DNA from: Chiloscyllium plagiosum
Lineage: Eukaryota
Length of the DNA: 46,100 nt
Direction: 5' to 3'
NCBI RefSeq assembly: GCF_004010195.1
Contig: NC_057718.1
Span: 48,357,345 to 48,403,444, forward strand
The notes beneath the pieces were generated by a model. That model did no database searches. It had not been told where the DNA came from and saw only the letters and a program-made list of their open reading frames with translations. Shown here in pieces: positions 23,905-36,289 of the stretch. Each line of letters opens with the position of its first letter. Position 1 is the stretch's first letter. Made by a program: the position numbers and the translations under genes.

Positions 23905-26532
23905 GTTAAATCAATAGTAGGGAATAAAGTAGGGTCAGATTGTGTAGAATCTGTGTGGGTAGAAATGGGGAACTGCAAAGGTAAACAACCACGGTTGGAG
24001 TTATATACAGGCTTATAAACAGTAGTCAGGAGCTGGGGTGCAAGATACACCAGGAGATAGAAAAGATGTGTAGGAAAGGCAAAGTTACATGTGATCATGG
24101 GGATTTCAAATGCAATTGGAATGGGAAAAACCGGTTGGTAGTGGATTGCAAGAAAAGGAATTTGTGGAATGTCTAAGAAATGGCTTTGCGGAGCAGTTTG
24201 TGGTGGACCCAACTCGGGAACAGGCAATGCTAGATTTATGTTTGTGCAATGAGGCAGACTTGACTGGGGAACTTAAGGTGACGGGACCCTTAGGAGGGAG
24301 TGATCATAATATAATTGAATTTACTCTATAATTTGAGAGGGAGAAGATAGAATCAGAGGTAACAGAATTACAGCTGAATAAAGGCAACTATAGAGGCATA
24401 ACGGAGGATCTAGGTAGAATTGACTGGGAGTGGAGGCTATCAGTAAAGACAGTGGGAAAGACAGTGGAACAACAATGGCAGGGGTTTCTGGGAGTAATTC
24501 AGGTGACACAGGAGAGATCGATCCTGAGGAAAAAGAAGCATGGTACAGGAAGGATGAGGCAACCATGGCTGACTAGGGAAGTCAGGGGTAGCATAAAAGC
24601 AAAAGAGAAAGCATATAATGTGGTGAAGGACAGTGGGAAACCAGAGGATTGGGAAGCTTACAAAGACCTATATAGGACAACAAGAAAAGAAATAAGGAAG
24701 AAGAAGATTAAATATGAGGGTAAGCTAGCCAGTAATATAAAGGAAAATTGAAAATATTTCCTTAGATATATAGCAAGAAAAAGAGAAGCAAAAGTGGACA
24801 TTGGGCTGCTGGAAAATGACATTGGAGACATAGTAGTGGGGACAAGGAAATGGCTGAAGAACTGAATAATTACTTTGCATCAATCTTCACGGTGGAAAAC
24901 ACAAGTAATTTCCCAAAATTTCAAGAGAGTGAGGGGACAGAGCTGAGTATCGTGGCCATTACCAAAGTGAAGGTGCTAGAAAAACTTAATGGCTTCAATT
25001 TGTATAAATCATCTGGACCAGACTACCCCAGTGTTCTAAGGAAGATAGCTGAACAGATAGTGGAAGAGTTAATAATGATCTTTCAGGAATCACTAGAATC
25101 AGGGAGGGTCCCAGAGGACTGGAAAATTATTAACTCGACAAATCTGCTTAAAATGGAATAAGGCAAAAGACTAAAAATTACAGACCGATTAGCCTAACCT
25201 TGGTCATGGGTAAGATCCTGGAATCCATTGTGAAGGATGAGATTTCTGAATACTTGAGATTATATGGTTTAATAGGGCAAAGTCAGCATTGTTTCACCAA
25301 GGGGAGGTCATGCCTGACAAATCTGCTAGAATTCTTTCCGGAAGTAATGAGCAGATTAGACCAAGGAGAGCCAATGCGGTTATCTACATGGACTTAAAGA
25401 AGGCCGTGGACAAGGTGCTGCACCAGAGACTACTGAGTAAGATATGGGCCCATGGTGTCAGAGGCAAGGTGTTAGCATGGATAGAAGCTTGGCTGTCTGG
25501 CAGAAAGCAAAGAGTGGGGATAAAAGAGTCCTTCTTAGGATGGCAGCCGATGACAAGTGATGTTCCATAAGGCTCAGTGTTGGGACCACAACTTTTCACT
25601 TTATACATTAATGATCTAAATGGAGGAACTGAGAGCATTCTGGCTAAGTTTGCAGGCAATACAAAGATACGTCAAGGGACAGATAACATTGAGGAGGCAG
25701 AGAGGCTGCAGAAGGATTTGGACTGGTTAGGAGAGTGGGCAAAGAGGTGGCAGATGGAGTACAATGTGGGAAAGCACTTTGGTAGGAAAAATAGAGGCAT
25801 GGACTATTTTCTAAATGGGGAGAAAATTCAGAATTCTGAAGTGCAAAGAGACTTGGGAGTTCTAATCTAGGATTCTTTCAAGGTAAACTTGCAGGTTGAG
25901 TCAGTAGTTCAGAGAGCAAAGGCAATGATGGCATTAATTTTGAGAGGATTTGAATGTAAAAGCAGGGATGTACTTCTGAGGCTCTGGTCAGACCACATTT
26001 GGAGTATTGTGTGCAGTTTAGAACAACACTCCCATGTCTCAGGAGTGTGTTCAGAAGAGGTTCACGAGAATTGTCCCTGGAATAAAAAGCTTAACATATG
26101 AGGAATGTTTGAGGACTGTGAGTTTATACTCTATAGAGTTTAGAAGGATGAGAGGGAATCTAATTGAAACATGGAGAACACTGAATGGCCTGGACAGAGC
26201 GGATGTTGGGAAGATGTTTCCATTGTAGAGCGACTAGGACACAAGGACATAGCCTTAGATTAAAAGGAAGACCTTTTAGAATGGCGATAACGAAAAACTT
26301 CTTCAGCCAGAGAATGGTGAATCTATGCAATTCATTGCCACAGAAGGCTGTGGAGGCCAGGTCATTGACTATATTGAAGACTGAGATAGATAGGTTCTTA
26401 AGTATTGAGGGGGATCAAGGATTACGGGGAGAAAGGGGGACAACGGGGTTGACAAGTTTATCAGCCATTATTGAATTGCGAAACAGACTGATGGGCTCAG
26501 TGGCCTAATTTCTGCTCATATATCTTATGGTG
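23905..26532 (+). mobile_element. Long CR1 LINE ORF2 relic (endonuclease C-half + RT + tail)
   Basis: PTREQAMLDL, LGGSDHNIIEF, QPWLTREV, VPEDWK, SCLTNLLEFF, LGPQLFTLYINDL; many stops and frameshifts; tail atatcttatgg. Confidence 0.95.
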
Positions 26533-26781
26533 TTATCACCTACAGTACTTTCCACGGTCTGCAATAACTTCTCCAAACTCCTCTGTCACTTCATTCCCCC
26601 CTTAAAACTTTCCTCTTCGAGTCAACTTTACATCTCCCCCTCTTTGGCAGCATGTCCTGTCTCCTTAAATTTCTGTGAAGTGCACTGGGATGTTTGTATA
26701 TTTTCAAACACAAAAAAAAACTTCCCTGCAAATTGTTCTAGGGAGTTAGCAGCAATATTATTAAACAATGTAGTCTCCCTG

Positions 26782-26870
26782 TTCCCGGAAAGTGCCGAAA
26801 CATTCAGCGAGTCCTGTACAAAGAAAACACAACTTCAATCGATTGGTTTAGCCTGATGCATATAAATAAG
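26782..26870 (+). promoter_or_regulatory. Putative core promoter of the C1orf115-like gene
   Basis: TTCCCGGAA (GAS/STAT, overlapping ETS core) 26782-26790, ATTGG (reverse CCAAT) 26842-26846 and TATAAAT 26861-26867, ~110 bp upstream of the ATG; local CpG enrichment. Confidence 0.5.
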
Positions 26871-26972
26871 ATAAAGCGGCCAAGGTTGAGATTACAGCAG
26901 CGCCAAAGGGCAGGTTACATTGTTTATCAGGATAGGATAGTGCAAAAATTCTACTTCCATGGAATCACCACA

Positions 26973-27386
26973 ATGACTGCGGAAAACTTAAAATCCCTGG
27001 TAAAAAGGCAGTTGCCATTCAGTGGTTTTGCCAGTTTTCAGGGTAGAAGGGGAAAATGTCATGCAATTGGAACTGACCAAGAAAACTTGCTTTCAACTGA
27101 CCAACAGTTGACGTTGGAAAACATAAGGCATTTCAAAGCTAAATTGAAAAAAGTCGCTATTCTCCCGACTGTCCAAGAGATCCAGGAGTCCGCAGATGGA
27201 CTTCAATGCGAAAGCACCGAGAAACCAGAATATGTTAAGAAGACATCAGGTTCTAAAAAAGTTCACATTGCTTTAATTCCAGACAGATATGAGCCTTTGA
27301 TCGAGTCTTTGGGAGAGAATCCGAATGAGGAGAGCAAAACGGCCAAAAAATTCAAAAGGAAGCAAAAGCTTAAAAAGTGCAAGAAG
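26973..27386 (+). CDS. C1orf115: C1orf115/RDD1 (required for drug-induced death 1, DUF4710) homologue, coding exon 1, 138 codons
   Basis: KKVHIALIPDRYEPL...KRKQKLKKCKK matches the recalled family motif RRVHFALLPERYEPL...RRKLKKYGK; begins MT (acaATG); phase-0 donor AAG|GTAAGA at 27387. Confidence 0.85.
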
Positions 27387-27974
27387 GTAAGAAAAATAGA
27401 CGTTCAAAATAATACTAAATTCGTAAGATTGTTAATTGCCGGATGGTAGAAGGTGTCTGGGCAAGTGTTTCTGCACTGACCTCTGCACACATCTCATACA
27501 CATCAATGTTATAAAGCAAAGGTAACTTTTTTTGTAGCAAGATATTGCGTACTCCAAGGCAGCCACTCCTCAAACTAATAAACTCAAAGAAAAATGATCC
27601 AATTTTATGAAGTTTGACCTCGCGGATTTTGGCAAATCTGCGCCATATCTCGCTGTCCCTCCCAGTATCTCAGCTCAGACCAGAATATCGTTCCTGAAGT
27701 ATTACGCCTAGAACTCAAACGCAATTTCCCAGATCAATATAACCGTAAGTACCCCTAATTTCCAAAGTGACCTTGACTAAACCACTTCGTTGCCTACTTC
27801 CTACCCATTCTCCCTGTGAAATATGCAAAGTTGGAAGAAAGATGTGGAGGAATGACATTATTGAATATCTCCTTAGAGAGCTAGCATGGGCAATGGGCTG
27901 ATTGGCTGCCTTCCGTAATGATTCTGCGGCTCCTGCGCAACTACTCGGAAGACGCAACCTTTTATACCAGTTTT

Positions 27975-28215
27975 CAGTTTTGTCCTCCCTTGAGACCACC
28001 AGCTTCTACAGCACTGTGGCTGACAGTGCTCTGGACTGTGTTGCGTTTCATGCAATTCTGCTTCTTTCCCCTCTGCCACACTCGTAGAACCTGGATACCA
28101 ATCCCCTTGTCAACAATTCCAACTCTGTATTTCACAAATCATTTGTTATTTTTGTCTCCTCAGCATGATGTTACCAACAGACACATGTTGCCCTCCTTCT
28201 GAAGGGACTGGTCAT
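27975..28215 (+). mobile_element. Degenerate Penelope/Poseidon ORF remnant
   Basis: actgtggctgacagtgctct, ccccttgtc, cagcatgatgttaccaacagacacat and ttctgaagggac resemble the recalled shark Penelope RT-to-GIY-YIG linker. Confidence 0.45.
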
Positions 28216-28764
28216 GACTCACAAAATGGCCAGATTTATGAGCTTCTGCAGGCTCTAAATTCTCTGCATAATCTGAATTTCTGGCCAAATAGTGTCAAGA
28301 ATTTATTTCATTTGAATTGTATAGATGTCTCTAAAGATAAATGACACAAAAGCAAATTATATTTTTAATGTTCTGGGATGTATTCTTTCCCCTATTTTGG
28401 TTAATAAGTTTAGGGACTTAAACATCTCAGGAAATGTCTCCTTTAAATCAGCTCAATTAATATCATGAACCTCAACGTTTTTGTACTTTGAGTTATGGCT
28501 TGTATCATCATTCCCTTTTGATTTGATGCGTCATCCTGATTTTTGTAGATAATTTGAATACATGAGGACTGTGAAAAAACTTAGATTATTTGCTATGTTG
28601 AGAATTGTGGTCCTAAAATTCTGCAAAACCTCTCAGCTGCTTGCCTTACTTTGCCAGTTAACTGACTTACCTCCTGGGGGAATGTACAGATGACCTATTT
28701 CACGTGTTTTAACTACTTCTTTTGAGGTTATTGATCTTCTACGAAATTGATATTCTCAATACGC

Positions 28765-29330
28765 CAGTGTCAGGCAATGACCATCTCCAGCAAAAGAGAA
28801 TCTAACCATCTGCTCCTCACAATTAATGGTATTATTATCGCTGGGTCCCCAGTTATCAACATCCTGGGGTTAGCATTAATTAGAAATTGAAGGAACCACC
28901 CATGTAAATACTATGGCTTCAAGAGTAGGTCAGACACTGGGCGTTCTACTCTCAAAACTGTATGCACAATCTACAAGGCACAAGTCATGGGTGCGATAGA
29001 ATACTGTCCAGTTGCCTGGATCAGTACAGCTCTGACAAGCTTAAGATTATCCAAGACAAAGCAGCTGACTTCATCACTGACAGATTGGTAGTTTACCATT
29101 TACAGATTGTATTGTTGTAATGTATCAAGAGTCCATTGGCAACACCTTCTACAAGTTGGAAGGAGCCAAGGGCATTAGATAGACAAGAACAGCACCCCCT
29201 GCAAGATTTCATTAAAACCACACCATCCTGACTTGGAACTATATTACCATTCCCAAACTGTCATTGGGTCAAAATCCTGGACACTTCTGAATAGCAGTGC
29301 CACGATGGCACTATTGACAGTCCCATTACA
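28765..29330 (+). mobile_element. Degenerate CR1-clade LINE (second family) 3' part
   Basis: caggcaatgaccatctccagcaa, atctacaaggcacaagtc, accatcctgacttggaactata; same family as 20860-22230. Confidence 0.6.
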
Positions 29331-29375
29331 CTGAAGAGCCTGAACTGACAGCACAGTGCAGGGCCAGTCTGAAGG

Positions 29376-31798
29376 GTCATAGAGTCATAGAGATGTACAG
29401 CATAGAAACAGACCTTTCGGTCCAACCTGTCCATATTGACCAGATATCCCAACCCAATCTAGTCCCACCTGCCAGCACACGGCCCGTATCCCTCCAAACC
29501 CTTCCTATTCATATACCCATCCAAATGCCTTTTAAATGTTGCAATTGTACCAGCCTCCACCACTTCCTCTGGCAGCTCATTCCACATACGTACCACCTTC
29601 TGTGTGAAAAAGTTGCCCCGTAGGTCTCTTTTATATGTTTCCCCTCTCACTCTAAACCTATGTCCACTAGCTCTAGGTTCCCTGACCCCATCCATGCCCC
29701 TCATAATTTTGTAAACCTCGATGAGGTCACCCCCCAGCCTCCGACACTCCAGGGAAAACAGCCCCAGCCTGTTCAGCCTCTCCCTATAGCTCAAATCCTC
29801 CAACACTGGCAACATCCTTGTAAATCTTTTCTGAACACTTTCAAGTTTCACAACATCTTTCCAATAGGAAGGAGACCAGAACTGCACGTAATATTCCAAC
29901 ACTGGCCTAACCAATGCCCTATAGAGCCACACATGACCTCCCAACTCCTGTACTCAATACTCTGACCAATAGAAAAAAGCTTACCAAACGCCTTCTTCAC
30001 TATCCTATCTACCTGCGACTTCACTGTCAAGGAGCTATGAACCTGCACTCCAAGGTCTCTTTGTTTAGCAACACTCCCTAGGACCTTACCATTAAGTGTA
30101 AGATTTGCTTTCCCAAAATGCAGCACCTCGCATTTATCTGAATTAAACTCCATCTGCTACTTCTCACCCCTTTGGCCCCCTCTGGTCAAGATCCTGTTGT
30201 AATCTGAGGTAACCTTCTTTGCTGTCCACTACACCTCCAATTTTGGTGTCATCTGCAAACTTACTAACTGTATCTTTTATGCTCGCATCCAAGTCATTTA
30301 CATAAATGACAAAACGTAGAGAGTCCAGCACCGATCCTTGTGGTACTCCACTGGTCACAGGCCTACAGTCTGAAAAACAACCCTCCACCACCACCCTCTG
30401 TCTTCTACCTTTGAGCCAGTCCTGTATCCAAATGGCTAGTTCTCCCTGTATTCCATGAGATCTAACCTTGCTAACCAGTCTCCCATGGGGAACCTTGTCG
30501 AACACCTTACTGAAATCCATATAGATCACATCTGCTACTCTGCCATCATCAATCCTCTTTGATACTTCTTCAAAAAACTCAATCAAGTTTGTAAGACATG
30601 ATTTCCCACTCACAAAGCCATGTTGACTATCCCTAATCAGTCCTTGCCTTTCCAAATACATGTACATCTAGTCCCTGAGGATTCCCTCCAACAACTTACC
30701 CACCACTGACGAAAAGCTCACTGATCTCTAGTTCCCTGGCTTTTCCTTACCACCTTTTTAAAATAGTGACACCACATTAGCCAACCTCCAGTCTTCCGGC
30801 ACCTCACCTATGACTATTGATGATACAAATATTTCAGCAGGAGGCCCAGCAATCACTTATTTAGCTTCCCACAGAGTTCTCGGGTACACCTGATCATGTC
30901 CTGGGGATTTATCCACCTTTATGCGTTTCAAGACATCCAGCACTTCCTCCTCTGTAATATGGACATTTTGCAAGATGTCACCATCTATTTCCCTACATTC
31001 TATATGTTTCATATCCTTTTCCACAGTAAATAATGATGCAAAATACTCGTTTAATATCTCCCTCATTTTCTGTGGCTCCACACAAAGGTCGCCTTGCTGA
31101 TCTTTAAGGGGCCCTATTCTCTCCCTGTTAACCTTTTGTCCTTAATGTATTTGTAAAAACCCTTTGGATTCTCCTTAATTCTATTTGCCAAAGCTATCTC
31201 ATGTCCCCTTTTTGCCCTCCTGATTTCCCCCTTATGTATACTTACTGCCTTTATACCCTTCTAAGGATTCACTCGATCTATCCTGTCTATACCTTATATA
31301 TGCTTCCTTTTTCTGAACCAAACCCTCAATTTCTTTTGTCATCCAGCATTCCCTATACCTACCAGCCTTTCCTTTCACCCAACAGCAATATACTTTCTCT
31401 GGATTCTCGTTATCTAATTTCTGAAGGCTTCCCATTTTCCAGCCGTCCCTTTACCTGCGAACATCAGTCCCCAATCTGCTTTTGAAAGTTCTTGCCTAAT
31501 ACCGTCAAAATTGGCCTTTCTCAAATTTAGAACTTCAACTTTTAGATCTGGTCTATCCTTTTCCATCACTATTTTAAAACTAATAGAATTATGGTCGTGG
31601 CCCCAAAGTGCTCCCCCACTGACACCTCAGTCACCTGCCCTCCCTTATTTCCCAAGAGTAGGTCAAGTTTTGCACCTTCCCTAGGAGGTACATCCACATA
31701 CTGAATCAGAAACTTTTCTTGTACACATTTAACAAATTCCTCTCCACCGAAACCCTTAACACCATGACAGTCTCAGTCTATGTTTGGAAAGTTAAAAT
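29376..31798 (-). mobile_element. Long CR1/HER1 LINE (endonuclease C-part + RT + intact tail), disrupted
   Basis: ORFs 29459-31435: SQHGFVSGKSCLTNL, YMDFSKVFDKVPH, GVPQGSVL, SKFADDTK; tail (tctatgac)n. Confidence 0.96.
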
Positions 31799-32184
31799 GG
31801 TCCAGTGATGGGAGATTAGAGTGAGCCATGAGGGGAGGATAAAAGAGGACAATGATCATGGAGGGGACCTCTGGTGACCCTACCCTTCAAGGAATCCCTC
31901 TCTTTCACCCTACCTTGGAAGGGATAGCCCTACCCCTCCCATCTCTCCAGCCATTGTGCTTGACACCAGCCTATACAGTTAATGTTACTGGGCTTCCTGA
32001 TTGCTGTGGGTGCTCCCTCATCTCATTCCCATGGATATAATATCAATGGTAATGTGAGTCCCTTTGTATTGTTATTAATTGGACTCAAGTGTGAATGAGC
32101 ACAAAGGCAGCTAGGCTTTTCATAGGAAGTTGCCGGGAGTGGAGGTTTAAAATATAAAAATGGACTGGAAAGCAGGGACCTTTT

Positions 32185-32402
32185 TCACTAGAAGTTGAGG
32201 GAGGACCTTCTGAAGTTTAAAAAATCATGAGGGGCAAAGATAAGGTGAATGACAAGGGGTCTTTTCCCTGGGGTAAGGGAGTTCAAAATTGGAGGCATAT
32301 ATTTAAGGTGTGAGGAGAAAGATTTAAAAAGGACATGAGAGGCAACCTTTTTACAGCTGTAGTTAATGTGTCGACTGAGCTGCCAGAGGAAGTGATGGAT
32401 GG
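32185..32402 (+). mobile_element. CR1 3' fragment
   Basis: tagaagttgagggaggacc...ggagaaagatttaaaaaggacatgagaggcaac. Confidence 0.75.
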
Positions 32403-33379
32403 TCATTTCTACACAGTTTCTGAATGATCATTTCAAAATTCTCCATAATTTGACTCAAAATTTATAATTTTATTTGGAAAAGTCATAAAAGTTGCTGAAC
32501 TGTAAAGATACCACGCCCCTGCAGTACACAAACATGTGCTTGTTTTAGGTTAAAGTAAAAACATACTTGTGGGGAAAAATAAATGGGCACATGCTTTTTA
32601 AATTGAACTACAACCTACCAAAGTGAATGTGCTTGAGGCTGACAATGAGTGGAAAAGTATAACATTTCTGAACTTTGACTGTCATCATTTTCATTGATGG
32701 TTTTAGGAGGTATGCTTTCCCTTAAGTTAAAATATGCTTACATTCAGTTAGAATTTTTGGCTTTACAGGTGAAAGAATGTACAAAAAGGGAACACATATA
32801 CAACAGAGAAACATTTAACTCAGACAGCTGTTTAGTGGTATACTCTATTATATACCTATACAGAAATAGTTTTATTTTGTCTGAGCAGTGTAATGACTAG
32901 TATCTTTAGCACCAGATATTTAACTCCTAGTTGGTATATCCGCATTTACAAACATGTACTAATCTTTCACCAGCAGTTTGCAAAAACAACAAAAGATATT
33001 GCAGGTCATGTTGGGATTTGCCCCGTACATTTGATCATTTTCTTTTAAAACAACAGTGAAAATTACAGTGAAGTTTGAAGTTCATTTGTGGACTACCTGC
33101 TTGCCATTTATGTCCCTCTACAGATTTTATGACATTGCTGTAATGACAAGTAGGCTTTTCAATATCAGTAAAGCTAAGATTACAGTCATGTTTTATTTGT
33201 TCCCTTGCTTTCTAGTAAAGAGAACATCCAAGCTGCTGCTTTATGTAAGGAGCAAGTGTAAAGATTTAACAAATTTAATGCTAATAGTTCCAATGTTATT
33301 CCTCCTTCACTGCCAATAAGGAAGTGGCTAACCAGCTGTCAATTATCTACTGTTTATTACAATTGGCATTGTAAAACTG

Positions 33380-33497
33380 CACATGTAAATTGCACATAGA
33401 TTGGGGGTGTTGATCTGGGTGGGATGCTGTGTGGAGGGTAGGTGCAAATTTGATGGGCTGAATGGCTTCTTTCTGCACTCTAGTGATTCTATGATTC
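33380..33497 (+). mobile_element. HE1 SINE 3' remnant
   Basis: tctgggtgggatgct...gatgggctgaatggc...ctgcactctagtgattctatgattc. Confidence 0.65.
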
Positions 33498-33769
33498 CAA
33501 ATCATATTCATCAGTTAGTGGTGCAATGTACTGGAGCATGACAGAGCCGTTCAAATATCTTAATACTTTACCGAAGAATAGAACACTGACATAATTTGTA
33601 CTCTGGATGCTCGTTTTTTGGTAATTCAAATATTCAATTATCTAATAATGCTAATTTTTACTCTTTAGAACATTTTAAAAGTCCTGCGTGCTGGATGGAA
33701 TTACTTTGTACTTGGCGTTCAAGAATTTGCACAAAATTACACAATGCCATATGCAACCTCTTTTACTGT

Positions 33770-33825
33770 GATTGCTGAGATGCGTTGAAGGACTGAGATT
33801 GCTGAGATGCGTTGAAGGACTGAGA
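33770..33825. repeat. Perfect 27-bp tandem duplication
   Basis: gattgctgagatgcgttgaaggactga twice (33770-33796, 33797-33823). Confidence 0.97.
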
Positions 33826-34514
33826 GAACATTGGAAGATTTCATACATTGTTGAATTTCTATGTTAATGATGCAAAATTATATGTTTGTAACTTTAAAAT
33901 ATTACTTTATGCTCAACATGAATCTGTACAGTTATTATAAAGTTAAATGATGGTTTTCTTAGAAGCCAATGCCAAAGGCTGTAGTAGATGCTGGCATCAT
34001 GAATCTCCTATACACTCATTACCATTTTTGTAGGCTAATCAGTTACCCTAAGGCAGATAGATTACTTTTGTTCATGATTGCTGCAGCAAATATATTGTAC
34101 TATCACAGACCTATATTTACAAATGTTCATTTTTAGATGTAAGCTTGTTCTCATTCTAATTGCTATTAAATTACAGATTTTATACATAGTAGTTTCCTTT
34201 GTTAATTGTAATTTATTTATAATGTTTGGTTTATTTCCATAGTCGTTGGAAACTATGCACAATAGGTGATTGATACAAAGACCTGTATCTTTATTGGTCA
34301 GTCATTGAAATAAAGCCACAAACTGTACTTCCATAAATGATTTCCTATCTCTGAACTATTATTAAGCTCAATAACTAAGTTTAGAAGTGCAGAAAACTGA
34401 CTTGTATGCACTGATAGCTTTTTTTTTGCTGGCATTAATCCATTGCATACAAAAGACTTAATGGAATTTTACAGAAACAATTGAACCAATCTGATGAATA
34501 GAGACAGGATTGAT

Positions 34515-35155
34515 TTGGACTATACTAACTGGAGTTTAGAAGAGTGATTGGGGATCTCTTAGAAACTTATAAAATGCTAACAGAACTAGACAAAATAGAT
34601 AAAGAAAGGATGTTCCTGATTGGAGTTGAGGGGGGTGGTGTTTGATATGGTCAGAACCAGGGGTCACAGTTAATGGTTAGGGAGTAGGAGACAGTGAGGT
34701 CTGCAGATGCTGGAGATCAGAGTTGAGAGTGTGTTGCTGGAAAAGCACAGCAGGTCAGGCAGCATCCGATGACCAAGAAAATCGATGTTTCGGGTCGGAG
34801 CTCAATGAAGGGTTCTGGATTGAAATGTCAATTTTCCTGCTCTTCGGATGCTGCCTGACCTGCTGTGCTTTTCCAACACCACACACCCAACTGTGGTTAT
34901 GGAGAAGCCCATTTAAGATTGAGATGAGAATTTCCTCACGCAGAGAGTGGTGAGCCTGTGAAATCTCCTGCACAAAACAGTTGAAGCCAAAACATCATTG
35001 TTTTTAAGAAGGAGATAGATATGGTTCTTAAGGCTAAATGGACCAAAGGGTATGGGGTGAAAGCAGGAACAGGTACTGAGCAGGATGATCATTTGAATGA
35101 TCATATTGGGCAGACTTGAAGGGCCGAATGGCCTGCTCCTGTTTTCTATATTTCT
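34515..35155 (+). mobile_element. CR1 3' fragment interrupted by a palindromic element
   Basis: ggagtttagaagagtg...gaaacttataaaat and tail gggccgaatggcctgctcctgttttctatatttctat. Confidence 0.8.
34688..34893 (-). mobile_element. Palindromic Penelope-derived element with degenerate 14-bp TSD
   Basis: Inverted arms around ~34805. TSD tggttagggagtag (34674-34687) / tggttatggagaag (34894-34907). Confidence 0.8.
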
Positions 35156-35894
35156 ATAAAGGGAGGAAAGGAAACATTTGTTCATAAAGACTTCTTAACA
35201 AAATGTTAATGATGTCATCAGAACATAGTGTTATTTTGCTGAATGTAATGACCAGATAGAAAATATCTAATTTAAATAAACAGAAAAAAACAGACATTTG
35301 ATCACTCAATTGTGAGAAGAACTGTTGACGTCTTGAATGTTCCTTTCTTTGAAACTATAAAGCGTCAAACAACAGTACCAACATAATTTAGCAAACAGAG
35401 GATAATATATATTCCATTAAGAAAAAGGAAAACACAGGAGCATCATCAGTGGAATGAAAACAGATATCAGTCAAATAATGGATAAAAGCATTACAACAGT
35501 AAATGAACAGTAAAGGAATTAAGGGTCATGCGACCTATGCATTGGAGCATCTTGAGCTGTCTGTGGAATCAGCACACATTGAGTTAAAACAGCTTTCTGG
35601 CAAATCTTTGACACAATATGTAAGTGAGCCTAAAGCATTTGTTTCTTTTCAACTAAGGAAAATATATGCAAATATCACTACCACATCTTTAACTGGGAGA
35701 TGATGGTCTGATCACTGGTGTTTATAGTAACAAAATAAATGGGTTGTATAACCATGGTAATAGAATGATTAGAAGAGATTGAGAAAAGCTATGTGTATCT
35801 TTGTTAGTCTCCCTGTCTCTTTTTATATCTCTGTCCTTAATTAAACAGTAGCAAGAATGAAAAGTAGAAATCCAAGGTGGAATCATTATAAGGG

Positions 35895-36190
35895 TTGTGA
35901 GTGAACTACTGGATATTGTAATGTCAGAGGCTGACATGGGGAAGCAGTCCCAGAGAAAACTTGTTTTGCAACAGCTGAGAGCTGGTGTGGGGTGCTCTGG
36001 AGCTTGGAGCAGAACAGGGATGGTTGTTGGACTGGAGTCTGGTGCAACAACTTTTTTTTTTCATTCCTCTTTTGCGTCTAAGATTTGTACCTGAGTACTT
36101 GTACCTAAGATGACTCCATAAAAGGAGACATTGTAAAACTTTTCACTGTACTCCTCTACTTGCATATCCATGACTGTAAATTCCATTCCA
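35895..36190 (+). repeat. Second copy of repeat with Rex1-like tail
   Basis: 3' ~125 bp similar to 6670-6795. Confidence 0.55.
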
Positions 36191-36289
36191 TAACAAACTG
36201 AAACACACAGCAACTGAACACACTTCAGCACCAGTACATTTTGGTTGAGAGGATAGGATGCAGAAATGTGGAGTTGCCTTCCAAGTCTA

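Noticed and set aside
26856..27449. 197-aa ORF as a complete single-exon protein
   Set aside because: The first ATG (26856) lies just upstream of the TATA motif, family similarity starts at MTA (26973), and the part after 27386 follows a consensus splice donor.
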